Shown: positions 10,462 through 21,526 of the stretch, piece after piece
How the letters are laid out: the number at the start of each line of letters is the position of its first letter
How positions within the stretch are numbered: the first letter of the stretch is position 1
NCBI GenBank assembly: GCA_963803975.1
Contig: CAWDOY010000003.1
Coordinates: 192,001-256,000, forward strand
Direction of reading: 5' to 3'
From: an uncultured delta proteobacterium
GTDB taxonomy: Bacteria; Desulfobacterota; WTBG01; CAIYCZ01
Length of the DNA: 64,000 nucleotides
Made by a program: the position numbers and the translations under genes
The notes under the pieces: generated by a model
Database searches by the model: none
The model's input: the letters and a program-made list of their open reading frames with translations, nothing else
Told to the model about the DNA's origin: nothing

Positions 10462-10547
10462 CCTTTAATAAATCAATTTATGCGGCACCAGCATATACTA
10501 TATGGTATACATAATCTATTTAAATAATATCAGAAGGAGCTACCCTA

Positions 10548-11936
10548 ATGCCAGAAAATATTTTCACCTTAGCTGACCTCATTAAATCAGGCTATCGCTC
10601 AAAGACCTCCCGGGACTGCCTGTTTCTCATGGTAAAGACAAAGCTTCAGGCAGGTGAAGAGCTGTTCCCTGATATATTCGGCGTTGAAGCGGAAAAGAGA
10701 CGCTTCATCGAAATTTTAATGAGCGGCAAAGGGGCGCTTCTCACCGGTGAATATGGTGTCGCAAAGACAGACCTGGCAAAGCATATCCAGCTTCTTCTGC
10801 ATGAATATCATACACGGGAAGAGATATATTATGTAGAACAGTGCCCGGTGCAGGAGGACCCGTTGATACTGGCCCGGTTCATGTCGTTGCTCCCGCAGGG
10901 GACCATGCCCTATAAGGCAGACCCCTGTCCGATATGCCGTGCGCAGATACGAGATGTAAACGGCGATCAGGAAAAGATTGCCGTGCGGCGGCTGGACGCA
11001 ATCGTTGAAGGCCGGGGATTTGCGCGTGTTCAGGGCGGGGGCGATGTGCTCCCCGAGGAGATCGTCGGCACCTATAATCTATTAAAGCTTGCGCAGATCG
11101 GCGATCCGTTCGACCCGCGGGTATTTGAGCCGGGGAAAATCGGCCAGGCAAGCAGGGGGCTTCTGTTTGTGGATGAAATCGGCAAGCTCTCTGAATCAGC
11201 CCAGCATGCCCTCATTCAGGCGGCTCAGGAGCACTGCATGACGCCGACCAAGAGCAGGGAGACATTCCCGGTTGACTTCATGCTGGTGGCGACCACCAAC
11301 TACGCTGATGAAGAATACATTTGCGGAGCTGTTCGCGACCGCATGGTGAGCCTGAAGATCCCTCTGGTCGGCATTGAGGATGAGATCCGCATTGTGCATA
11401 AGGAAGTAAGCATCTCTGAGCCGCAGATTTATATACCGCGACTGTTTATCCGGCTTGCCGTTGAAGTAATACGTGCTCTCCGGGGTGATGAACGGCTGGA
11501 GCTTGGCCCGCGCACAAGCATTAACGCGGGCCTCATTGCCCGAAGCTCGGCCCTCCTTGACGGCCGCACCATGGCTGACTATTGTGATGTCAAGGAAGGC
11601 ATATATACGGCAATCCTTGGCAAGGCTCTCTATGAAGACAAGCATGATGTGGAGCGAAAAATTGATGAACTATTCCCTGCTATCTCATCATACCTCGAGC
11701 AGCATATCCCGCAGGTGAAGTTCCAGGAAATTACCGGAGAGTACCGGGAGGAATGGGGAAATGATGCAGCCTGGAGCAAAGACCGGGTGGCAATGATTCT
11801 GCAAAAAAAGAGCGTTTCACAATCCTGGAAGCGGCTGCAACAGAACATTTCAGCCCTTGAGAACCGGGCGCAGGATGAAATTGCGGAAATCATATCCCTG
11901 TATCTGTCAGCCTTTGAGAGAGGGTGCGAAAAATGA
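10548..11936 (+). CDS. AAA+ ATPase, Mg-chelatase-ChlI-like/MoxR-related (Rv0958-like)
   Basis: Walker A GEYGVAKT, Walker B LFVDEI, sensor ATTN, N-terminal TLADLIKSGY...LQAGEELFP. Confidence 0.8.
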   Translation: MPENIFTLADLIKSGYRSKTSRDCLFLMVKTKLQAGEELFPDIFGVEAEKRRFIEILMSGKGALLTGEYGVAKTDLAKHIQLLLHEYHTREEIYYVEQCPVQEDPLILARFMSLLPQGTMPYKADPCPICRAQIRDVNGDQEKIAVRRLDAIVEGRGFARVQGGGDVLPEEIVGTYNLLKLAQIGDPFDPRVFEPGKIGQASRGLLFVDEIGKLSESAQHALIQAAQEHCMTPTKSRETFPVDFMLVATTNYADEEYICGAVRDRMVSLKIPLVGIEDEIRIVHKEVSISEPQIYIPRLFIRLAVEVIRALRGDERLELGPRTSINAGLIARSSALLDGRTMADYCDVKEGIYTAILGKALYEDKHDVERKIDELFPAISSYLEQHIPQVKFQEITGEYREEWGNDAAWSKDRVAMILQKKSVSQSWKRLQQNISALENRAQDEIAEIISLYLSAFERGCEK

Positions 11937-13710
11937 AGTGGGCTGCAGAGCTTGAAAAATGGTGCTGGAAGGAAAAAGCCCGCAAGGCCTCAAACAGCGA
12001 GCTGTTTTCCATGTCCCGGTCTTTAAGCAGCAGGCAGGAGATAAGTAAAGATGACATGGAAAAGGCTGTCAGGGACGCCGTATCCTCCCGGCCCGGAAAA
12101 CAGCAGGCGCAAAAGAATGCCGTGAAGGATAATCTGCGGAGATTTGATGAGCAGGCGCAGGAGGAACTGCTCAATGCTTTAAATGAACTTAAGCAGGGAA
12201 GCACCGGAAAAAAAGCAAAAGGCAAAAGCAGCGCTCACCATAGACCGGATGAGAAGGACACTGAACAGGCAGCTTCGGATAAGTCAGATACTGCCTCGCT
12301 GCGTCAGGTTGCTGCATCTATCCTGGATGAGTTACAGAAGCACTATCCGGAGAATGAGAACCTGAAAAAGCTCAAGAAGAAAATACGTTATATAAGAAAT
12401 ATAAAGCAATTATTCGAAAAGATAGAAGATGTTGCTGAGGAACTGGATGAGCATAATAGAGAGAGCACTGAGCAGCCGGAACTGGCACGGGGGCAGGGCA
12501 GAATTGGCGGGCTTTCGCTGCAGCAGGGAGGAAAAGATTCATTGCCCGCTGACGGCTTTGACCGGTTACCTCGCGCTGATGATGAGAAAGAATCCTTTGC
12601 CGGGATACTGACCGATGATGCGGCGGAAGACCTGAAGCATGAAGCACATAGCCCCTGGCTTAAAGATTATCCGTCATCATCGCTTCTTGATCAGGTCATG
12701 AACCTTGGCAGAAAACGGCGGGCTCTCGAGGGGAGAATCAGGCAGCAGTTCTCAAACGAAGTAAACAAGGCGGATATACAGAGCATGATTGACCAGCTCA
12801 TTGAGTCCAGCATCGTGAGCCCGACTTTTCAAGATACTTTTCTGGTCAACCGGGAGCGTGTCGCCATCCAGCTGGCAAAAGAAGCGTTTCTGCAATTATC
12901 AAAGATGTTTGTGCGAAAGCCTTTGGCTCAAACCGGTACCCATGATTACGGCCGCAGGGGAATAACCACCCTGCAGCTTGACCGGGTGGAGCGCTCGCGC
13001 TCCCTCACCTCAAGGATTTCTCCCATGCATACGCTGCGGCAGGGGCTCTCGCGCAGGGCGCTGTACCAGTCTTCGCCGCTGCTTGATGAAGAAGATTTGA
13101 TGAATTACGAAAGCAGGGCAAAAGTCGGCTATTCAATCGTTATTGCCATTGATATATCAGGAGCTGTGCAGTTCGGGGGAAGGATACAGGGGGTGAGGAA
13201 GGCGTGCATGGCATTCGGCTATTACCTGAAGAAGTACCATCCCAGAGACCGGGTCACCTATGTTGCCTATCATGAAAAGCCGCGGGAGGTAAGCCTGGCT
13301 GATGTATCACGGCTGAAGGCAATAAACGGCACGGGCAAAGACATCGGCGGCTGTCTGAGGCAGTGCCTGTCAATTCTGAAAAGAGACCCTGAGCGTGTGC
13401 CGGCGATTGTCCTTATCGGCGACGGGCTGCCGGTGAGCGGGGAGCCAGGCCGGCTTCTACAACTTCATGAATAACAACCGGGAAGTAATTGATAAAGCAT
13501 ATTATAACGCGCGGCTGCTGAGAAAGGAACAGGGTGCTCTTCACCTTTCTGCAGTTCCGTGAAGACCGCCACCTCTGGGAGGATTATGCGGACGAGGCAG
13601 CCGCCCGCATAGCAAGAGAAGCTAAAGGCCTGCTCTATCAGATAGATGACCCCACTACCATTGCTCCGTCACTCATCCGGTCGTTCAGACATCTACGAAC
13701 TATTCAATAG
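11933..13710 (+). CDS. VWA-domain partner protein, two frameshifts near the 3' end
   Basis: MIDAS-like IAIDISGA and IGDGLP. ATG overlaps the ATPase stop. Shifted frames continue ...FYNFMNNNREVIDKAYYNARLLRK... and ...LIRSFRHLRTIQ* to 13710. Confidence 0.75.
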
Positions 13711-13733
13711 CCACGATTCACAAGCATTAATCG

Positions 13734-14895
13734 TTACGCCATGCGCGGCAGCTTCCACACACCGGGGATGGGCTGGCCGCAGGAGCAGGTGCCGGCAGGG
13801 ATAGTGTTCTGGATAATGGCGTAGCTCATGCGCTGGATGAGCATTTTGCTGCAGCGCGGGCAGTAGGTGTTCTCCGCCTGGTGGCCGGGCATGTTGCCGA
13901 TATAGACAAAATGGAGACCGGCATCTCTGGCGGTCAGATAGCAGGTCTCAAGAGTGCTAACCGGCGTCGGCGGCAGATTCTTTATCTTATACATGGGATG
14001 AAACCGTGTAAAATGTACCGGGACATCCGGCCCCAGATTCTTATAAATCCAGTGTGCCATGTCCTTTATTTCTGCGGGGTTGTCATTAAGCGTCGGGATG
14101 ACAAGCACCACGATCTCAAACCACAGGCCGGTCTCTTTTAGTACCTGCAGGGTCTTTAATACCGGTGCCAGCTCGCCGCTGCAATAGTCTTTGTAGAATT
14201 TATCGCTGAATGATTTCAGGTCAATCTTGACAGCGGTCAACTTCCTGCAGAGCTTGCGCAGCGGCTCCTCATTGATGAAGCCGTTGGAAATCATCACGCT
14301 GCCGATACCAGCCTTCTGACCTTCCACTGCGCAGTCATACATATATTCATAAAAGACCGTGGGCTCGGAATAGGTATAGGCAATGGTCTGACAGTTCTGT
14401 TCCCGTGCCAGCCGAGCTGCTGCAGCGGGCGGCATAAAAGTGCTTTCAACCTGTTCGGGCCGGTACTGGGCAATGTTCCAGTTCTGGCAGAAACGGCACT
14501 CAAAGTTGCATCCTGCAGTGGCGATGGAGAAGGCAAGGGTTGAGGGCAGGCAGTGGAAGAGCGGCTTTTTCTCTATCGGATCGGTATGCACAGCGCAGGG
14601 TTTAGAATGAATGAGCGTGTAATAGGTGCCGCCGCGGTTTTCTTTGTTCCCGCAGTAGCCGCGCTCAAGGTCTGCAATCCTGCACTTCTTGGGGCAGATG
14701 CCGCACTCAACCTTTAAGTCAGGAAGCTTTTTATAGAACATGACTTCCTTTAAGCTGCTCGGCTCCGGCTGCCGGGGCCTGGCCGGAAGAGCAGGGAGGG
14801 GCTGATGATTGGCGCAGGGCATCAAGCCGAAGGCACACAGGCCGCATGAAAGGCATTTGAGGAAACTTGCGCCGGGAAACAGGTTGCTGCTGCAT
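13734..14895 (-). CDS. amrS: AmmeMemoRadiSam system radical SAM enzyme with a Tat-like leader (frameshift in the leader)
   Basis: CGICPKKC, DPIEKKPLFH, CNFECRFCQN (CxxxCxxC), AYTYSEP, HFTRFHP, YIGN. Upstream ATG at 14895 gives MQQQPVSRRKF(LK) after a one-base correction. Confidence 0.88.
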
Positions 14896-14901
14896 ACCCT
14901 C

Positions 14902-15894
14902 TTAAACCATGATCCTGGTTATTGTATGTATATCCGCAACTCCCAGGCCGCGCTGTGCTGCTGACAGGATATGTTTTGGAGACCTGCCGGCTTCTGCCAG
15001 GGTCTGCAGCCCTTTAACTTTTCTCTGCTCTTCTATGATTTGGCATCCTGTTCGGTCAATTGCCACCGGGTCGCGGCTGAACAGCAGGCCGCTGTAGGGC
15101 CATGCCCACTGAGGCTTGTAGCCGGGGCCGCCGCTGCACTGCGCAGTGAGGCCATCACAGATGATGAGCCGCAGTTTATTCTTAATGTAGGGGTGCGCGT
15201 TGAGATCAGCGATATACGGGTCGCAGCCGTTGTCGTGGTATTTATTGGGATTGTGGATAGCGCCGTAGAAGTTTTTGAGGTTGAGGGAGACTCCGGAAAG
15301 ATCGTGGTCCTTCAATACAGGGATACTGATGAGGGCATCGCATTGGCGGGACAGTATCGTGCTGAAGCAGCTGCCGATTGAGCCTGCAGCCTCCGGCTCT
15401 GGTTCATAGTCATTGTCTGTGCCAAAACAGAGCACGTCGTTATTTCCCCGGTTGATTTTATACCCGCCGCGTTCGAGCTCTTCAGTAAGCCGGTCCCAGA
15501 TAATGATCTGCTGTGGTTTAAAGCCCGCATTCACCAGGCTTCCGGCCACTGCATAGGCCACTTCCGTATGGGTGCAGATGTTTCTGCCGCCCATGGCATT
15601 TACTTTGATGCCGATGGTCTCTCCGGGATTAAATATGCTCTGCCATGCCCTGGTGCCATCAGCTACTCCGGTCAGTTTTATAATCCCCTGGTCAAGCATC
15701 TTGCGGATAATTTCAGAAGAAACCTGTCCCGGCCGCATATGGACTTCCGGCCTGCGCGCTATTATAACCGTTGAGCCGTGCTGGTTTGCTTACAGGGTTT
15801 TGTGCAAAAGCAAAGGACGAACGCATTATGCCCGAGGCAGAAAACTTAAACGGGCAGCCTGCTTTAAAAAATCTCTTCTGTTAAGAATTATCAT
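14902..15894 (-). CDS. DUF362 domain protein with a Tat signal (frameshifts in the N-terminus)
   Basis: IGIKVN, IWDR, PVLKDH...SLNLKN, DPVAID. Upstream ATG at 15894 reads MIILNRRDFLKQ. Confidence 0.75.
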
Positions 15895-16831
15895 TCTACT
15901 ATCACGTCAAATTCATCCTGAGGACAGGCGAAGGTAAGAAGCCTGCCGGCACGGTAGCCGCACAGGTCCGGCTCAGTGACACCTTCAAAACAGAATAAAG
16001 CCCGGGCCTGTCTGCGGGCATCGCATCAGAAATTACCTGCAGCAGGGAACTCCTGTCACAGGAGTAACAGGCGGGGCACTGCTGCGGCAGCACTGCCCCG
16101 GTTTTCTGCACCACGCGGGCGCGGCTCTCAGTCCAGAACTCCGGTGATTTACTCTGCCGTTATTTCTACCCCCTTGATACTGCGAATTATTATCATGCCA
16201 TTGCTGACCGTGAAATAGCCCCTGCAGTCAATGCTGTCATCCCTGGCATAATGCAGCCTGTTCTGTGCGCCGATGCTTATCGGGAGCATATACCAAATCT
16301 TGATAATGGGTAGAATTTAATGAAGCAATCATTGATAGTTAGGATAAAACCATCAAGCAGCACCTGATCACGCTTTATTACCTTTTTTCAAAATAAACTC
16401 AGGTTTAACGGAGGTGATTCTGCCGGACAGTTCAACCTGTTTGCCCTGCACGACTGTCCAGCCAGTTTTCAAAGTACTCGAAGCTCATCCTTAAACCGCT
16501 GCAACTCATTTTCACCGGGCAGGAACTCGGGACGATTGACCTCTTTAACATCATAAAAATGGCGGCAGGAAAAACAGAGCCGTCCCACATGCTGAAATTT
16601 CCTGTGACAGGGTTTGCCTTTATTCAGATTCCGGCATTTCCAGCGGAAGAAGGTGCACCCGTCAGGGAAACATTTTTTTACCTTAAGCACATGGTAAACA
16701 GAAACCGCATTATTAAAGCGGTCATGGGAGTCATGCATGCAGCGGAATACATCCTGGCGCTTATACTGGTTTATAAGCGCAGGTTTAGGGGGAAAGTGGC
16801 TGTCAAGAAGGCGCAGGAGGTTTTTGTTCAT
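15891..16831 (-). CDS. Cys/His-rich hypothetical protein, multiply frameshifted
   Basis: ORF 16469-16831 (FRCMHDSH, KCFPDGC, LCFSC) continues in shifted frames through GKQVELSGRITSVKPEF, FWTESRARVV and CPACYSC to ...DEFDVIVE*, whose TGA overlaps the DUF362 ATG. Confidence 0.55.
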
Positions 16832-16921
16832 AACAGGCCGGGCTATAACAAAGTAATAGAGTGCAGCTATATCTCAGTATAGCTCTATTTTAAAGAACAA
16901 TTGAAGACAGGCTGGTTCTGG

Positions 16922-19900
16922 TTAGGGACCTTTCTCCTGTTTTTTGCCGGGATTGAGGATTTCCTGCGGCAGATTATAAAACCTGTTGATAAGCGCTCGT
17001 AACACCCTGGCTGAGAGATTCCACCGGAACCGGTTTAACCGACGCATCTGCATAGGGGCCGCTGACCTGGAAATAACTGACGGTGATTGATTTATTCTCA
17101 CCGGTCAGAATTTTTCCGGCAATGGGGATGCTGCCCAGCAGTTTTCCCACGGTTTCCAAACGGCTGAACACCCACGATAAGATTAATCTCCTTGCGCGCA
17201 AAGTTAAGATCACCGACAGCAGAGAGATTCATGGCCGGGCTTTTCATGAACAGGTCGTCAGTATGCGCAGATCCCTTGTGCCATGACAAACCGTCCGTCT
17301 ACTGCCTCCAGCGGCATGCCCCGGGAAAGAAGGTCGGGCATGTGGAGCTTTACCATTTCAGTGAAGCTGAGCAGAGAAAGTATTTTTGAAACCACAGTAA
17401 ATTTACCCAGCTTCGCGTCTTTCATGCTGATCTTGAAATTGCCCTCCATGTTCGGAACAACTTCGTGGCCTTTTTTGAAGAGAGAGGTGAACATGCCGTC
17501 GAGGTTAATTTTTCCGGCAATTATCTTCTTTGCCTGCAGCTCGGGCAGAAACTCCTCAAACTGAATACCTGTTAGCATCGGGCAGGAAGGTCAGCCGGTA
17601 TGTGCCCGGCTGTGAAAAATCGTGTATAACAGTGCCAGTCAGTAATGCCCTGATACGCATGGAGATTTATATTTCCATAGGTCATGACCCCGTCCTTTAT
17701 GGTAATACGGGTAGTGCCATCCGTAAAATGCCAGCTCATGAATTTACCATTCTTAACGGTTGACGGAGCGTCCAGAACAAAGCGGCGGAAAAACGGTTTT
17801 TCTCCCGGAGCAGATATTGGCGGAGGCGCGGAAGAACCTTCCGGCGCGCTGAATGATTTTTTAATCTTGATTACGGTCTCGATGAAATCATCCAGATCAA
17901 GCCATGAGACATCAGCCTTGAACTGGCCCAGAGGATCACCACCATACATAAAATCTCCGCTGCAGCTTGCAGTGGTCAAGCCAAAGCTGCCAATCGCCTG
18001 GGTAACGTGCAGTTTGTCTCCATTAAAAAATCCTTTTGCATTCACGAAAAGAAGCGGCAGGGCTTCTCCTGGTTTTACGCATTTCAAGGCGGCTGGCATC
18101 AATGGCTCCCTGTATATCAGGCACTGCGGACTTGCTGAAGGGAACCGTAAGCGTACCTTTACCGTTAAGGATGCCCTGCAGTTTTATATCAGAGGGCATG
18201 AACAGAAGCCCCAGCGTGGTGATGTCCATGTCCTGCAGCTGATAGTCACCGGTGAACACTGGTGCCTTCCAGTCTTGCAGGGTGCCTGAGAGCGAAAAGC
18301 TGTTATTGTCAAGCGCATAGCTCACATCAACAGCAGCAGGCAGTGTGCCGGGAGAAAACACGGTTTTAATGGTTGCCATATTGTGCAGGCCGGACGACTT
18401 TTTCAGAAAATTTCCCAGTAGAATAGTTTAGCTGGGTGAGGTCAATGGCAGACGAAACTTCTGCCTGCCGTGCAGCCGCAATTGGATAGCGGATTTGTGT
18501 TGCAGTTTCCATGATGCCGCTGTCCGGAGAGAACAGTTTTTCAGCAGAACCGGGAGCAAAAGAGGCAAGGGCGCTTACCAGAGCATCAGAAGGAGCTGTT
18601 GTTTGTACCCTGACATCCAGAGAATAGCTCGCAAACGGCTGTGTAATAGTAGCGTTTATGACGTGAGCATCATGGGAGAACCACTGGGCGGCTATATTGG
18701 TCAGTGTCAATGTATCTTTCGTAAACGCAAATGAACCGCTTGCAGCTTTGAGCTGCGGCAGCGTATTATTAATCGACACAGTAACATTTGAGATTTCCCC
18801 ATTGCCATTGCACAGTTCCAGGGTGGGAGGCTGGGAAGCACTCAGGCAGCTTCTCACGTGAAGCGTTTTTATGCCGATTGTTGCATCCTGCAAATTGTTG
18901 ATATAATCCGGAAGATAGCGCTTGCGCACGGCTTCGGGGATAAGGTGTTTGACTGCTTTCCAGGTAACGGCATTAGTGCCGACGTGCGCATCAATGACCG
19001 GGGCCTGGGGCAGCCCGGTCGCGGAAAGCTCTCCCGTGATTACTATGCCGGGAAGAGTTATCTCGCAGTTTTTTATATGCACCGCATCACGGCCGCCGAC
19101 TGCATCCACTTTGACAAGAGCCTGTTTCAAGGTAACAGGAGTTTCGATGCCCACGGGGAGCGTGAGGGCTTCAGATTGCAGCCAGCCCCTGGCATTGAAA
19201 GAGGAATCGGATGCCAGACTGCACTCAAGGTGTGCGTCTATTAAACCTGCCGGAGCGGTGGCAGGCTGCCATTGTTTCACATAGGGCATCAGGGAGGAAA
19301 GAGCGACTTTTTGTAAATCAATAACACCCTGGGCCTGAAAGCCGGAGGATTGGCCGGAGAGAGGCTCATGTTTGATAGTCCCGGTGTAAGAAATCTGGCC
19401 TGACTCTATCCCCCTCTTCATCTCTGCCGAGCATGACAGCCGGTACGGTTCAAGAAGAAGCGGCTGGGCAATATCGAGATTGAGCTTTTGAAAATGTGTG
19501 AAGGCATTGCGCTGGTAGTCACGGAACTCCAGATATCCATCATTTATGATGCACCGTCGCATGGTTATTGAAAACGGGAACCAGGAAAGGCCGGCGCCCG
19601 CGTTTTCAGAAAGACCCGCAGGGAGAGAGAGGGCAAACGGCCATGTTCCATCCTGATTGCGGAATATATATAAGCGGGGGGTGTCAATGATGATTTTAGA
19701 CACAACGATCTGTTTGCGCAGGAGAGGAAACAGCCGCAGCAGAATGTAATTTTTATTACTTTCAAGAACAGTCGTGCTGGACGCGATATGCGTGATTTTA
19801 AGGTTTTTTATGGTTACCCCTATTCCCAGAGAAAAACGCCAGGCAATATCATCAAAACCGATACGAAAACCGGTACTCTCTTCAAGGGGTTTCAGGGCAC

Positions 19901-20009
19901 GCTCAGCGTAGTACGTCAGGTCTCTCATCACATAGTAGAGGCTGCCGGCAGTGAAGCAGAGCACGAAAAAGATGATCACGATAAATATGGTGAATGCCTT
20001 CCGGAACAT
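16922..20009 (-). CDS. AsmA-like/YhdP-like large envelope protein, fragmented by several frameshifts
   Basis: N-terminal TM anchor, LRLFPLLRKQIVVSKIIIDTP (AsmA-like N-term), beta-rich body, C-terminal VGKLLGSIPIAGKILTG...YFQVSGP. Six tiled same-strand ORF fragments. Confidence 0.72.
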
Positions 20010-20100
20010 GATAATAACAACCGCATTGATTTATTATTGCAGGAAGTTTATAACATAATAGCCGCGCTGATTAAAGTCCATAGTGTAACTTGTAAAAAGC

Positions 20101-20124
20101 GATGGTTTGACCGAGCTCACCACG
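20101..20124. repeat. Short REP-like palindrome
   Basis: gatggtttgaccgagctcaccacg; a related cgattcgactgggctcatcg lies at about 20226. Confidence 0.45.
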
Positions 20125-20151
20125 GGAGGTGGCTTTTACAATAGTATTAAC

Positions 20152-20306
20152 CTACCCCGGACAAGCCGGTACCAATGGTAACCGCAAAGACTAAAAAAGA
20201 AACAAAGAAGATTGAATTTGGAACTCGATTCGACTGGGCTCATCGCAGGCAGGAACTCACAAAGGTAAAAATAAAATAATTCTGATTTCTTGAGTTCCAG
20301 ATTATT
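20152..20306 (+). mobile_element. MITE-like dispersed repeat, copy 1 (about 155 bp)
   Basis: Near-identical reverse-complement copy at 47364-47516; begins with ccggacaagccggtaccaatg. Confidence 0.75.
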
Positions 20307-20382
20307 AATTATTCTTTCCATTTTTGCAAAATAGTAGTCTTAAAAGAATAACCATTACTTTTAAACGCAAATGGAGATAAGC

Positions 20383-21486
20383 ATGGAACACACGCTGTTA
20401 ACACCGCGCACTGCCGTCCTGAAGGGAGCAGGCATTCCCTACCGGTTGATACACCATCTCATGGAAGGAACCCATACCCAGGGACACTGCTACTGCGACG
20501 GTAATCTGCGCTCAGGAAGTTATTCGGGCCCGGATGAAGACATCGCGGAAATCAATGAGCTGGAACGAAGTCTGGGCAGGCTTTCGCCGGAGCAGCTCGA
20601 CATGAGGGTCATGGCGGATTTCTGCTGCATCTGGCGTTATGATTACCCCCGGAGAGTGCATGAACTCTGCGCTGCCATCGGCGGCAACCCGCACACGGCG
20701 TTCGGCCTGCACTACCAGATCGACACTGCGCGCAGGCAGGAGCTGATTGATTACGCGGAAGCATTGAAACAATGGCTGGGCGATCAAGAAACCTCAAAGC
20801 GGAACAACAGATCATCAGGGCAGGAAAGCATTGCACATAAAGTTTTTACCTTCCTCGGCAACCGGGACCCGCTTAAGGAATTGCTGGTGGAGCGTACCTA
20901 CCTGGGGCTTTCAAGCCGCGCGCTCAACTGCTCGTACTGGGGCAACAACGCCCGGGGAAAAGTATCGCTGGCTCCCTATACCGCGCAGGAGCTTGCCCCG
21001 GACTGGCATAAACGCATGGCTGCTTTAGAGCGGGCAATCCAAAAGGAGATGGGGTACCAGGCTCACGATTTTTTGTGCGACGTGGGTGGTACCGCGGAGC
21101 CTGCGTGTCATTTTAAATTTGTGCGGCGCGTCGATATTCTGGTGGCGAGCATCGGATGCCTTCGCTGGCGGGGTAACCTGCCGGCAAAAGATAGAACCAT
21201 CAGCGGCAGGAGAAACATAACTTCCCTGTACCTTACTGTACTGGAAGAATACTGGAGGGGAAGCGCAGAAGCAGAACTTGGCGGCAGCGGGGAAGAGGCA
21301 CAGAAAATACGCAGCGAGTTGTTTACTCTGTTAGGCGAGGGGACCGCATTCAAGCGCTGGCTGGTTGCATCGTTGTGGAAGAATATCAGGAACCAGACCA
21401 GGTTCCAGGCGTTCCCCATGAAGCGCTGGGTTGAGTTTGTGAGAACCGGGGAGGACTATTTAAATAACCGGACGCATCATGCATGA
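20383..21486 (+). CDS. Hypothetical protein with a two-fold internal repeat and a His/Cys-rich N-terminus
   Basis: Long ORF with RBS ggag before ATG 20383; no family recognised. Confidence 0.75.
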   Translation: MEHTLLTPRTAVLKGAGIPYRLIHHLMEGTHTQGHCYCDGNLRSGSYSGPDEDIAEINELERSLGRLSPEQLDMRVMADFCCIWRYDYPRRVHELCAAIGGNPHTAFGLHYQIDTARRQELIDYAEALKQWLGDQETSKRNNRSSGQESIAHKVFTFLGNRDPLKELLVERTYLGLSSRALNCSYWGNNARGKVSLAPYTAQELAPDWHKRMAALERAIQKEMGYQAHDFLCDVGGTAEPACHFKFVRRVDILVASIGCLRWRGNLPAKDRTISGRRNITSLYLTVLEEYWRGSAEAELGGSGEEAQKIRSELFTLLGEGTAFKRWLVASLWKNIRNQTRFQAFPMKRWVEFVRTGEDYLNNRTHHA

Positions 21487-21526
21487 CGGGTGCCGACAGC
21501 CGCTCTGAATAATGGATGCTTCTCTG

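Noticed and set aside
10548..13710. Bona fide cobaltochelatase or Mg-chelatase
   Set aside because: No CobN/ChlH large subunit is nearby and the N-terminus resembles the Rv0958-like group, so it is kept only as an AAA+/VWA pair.
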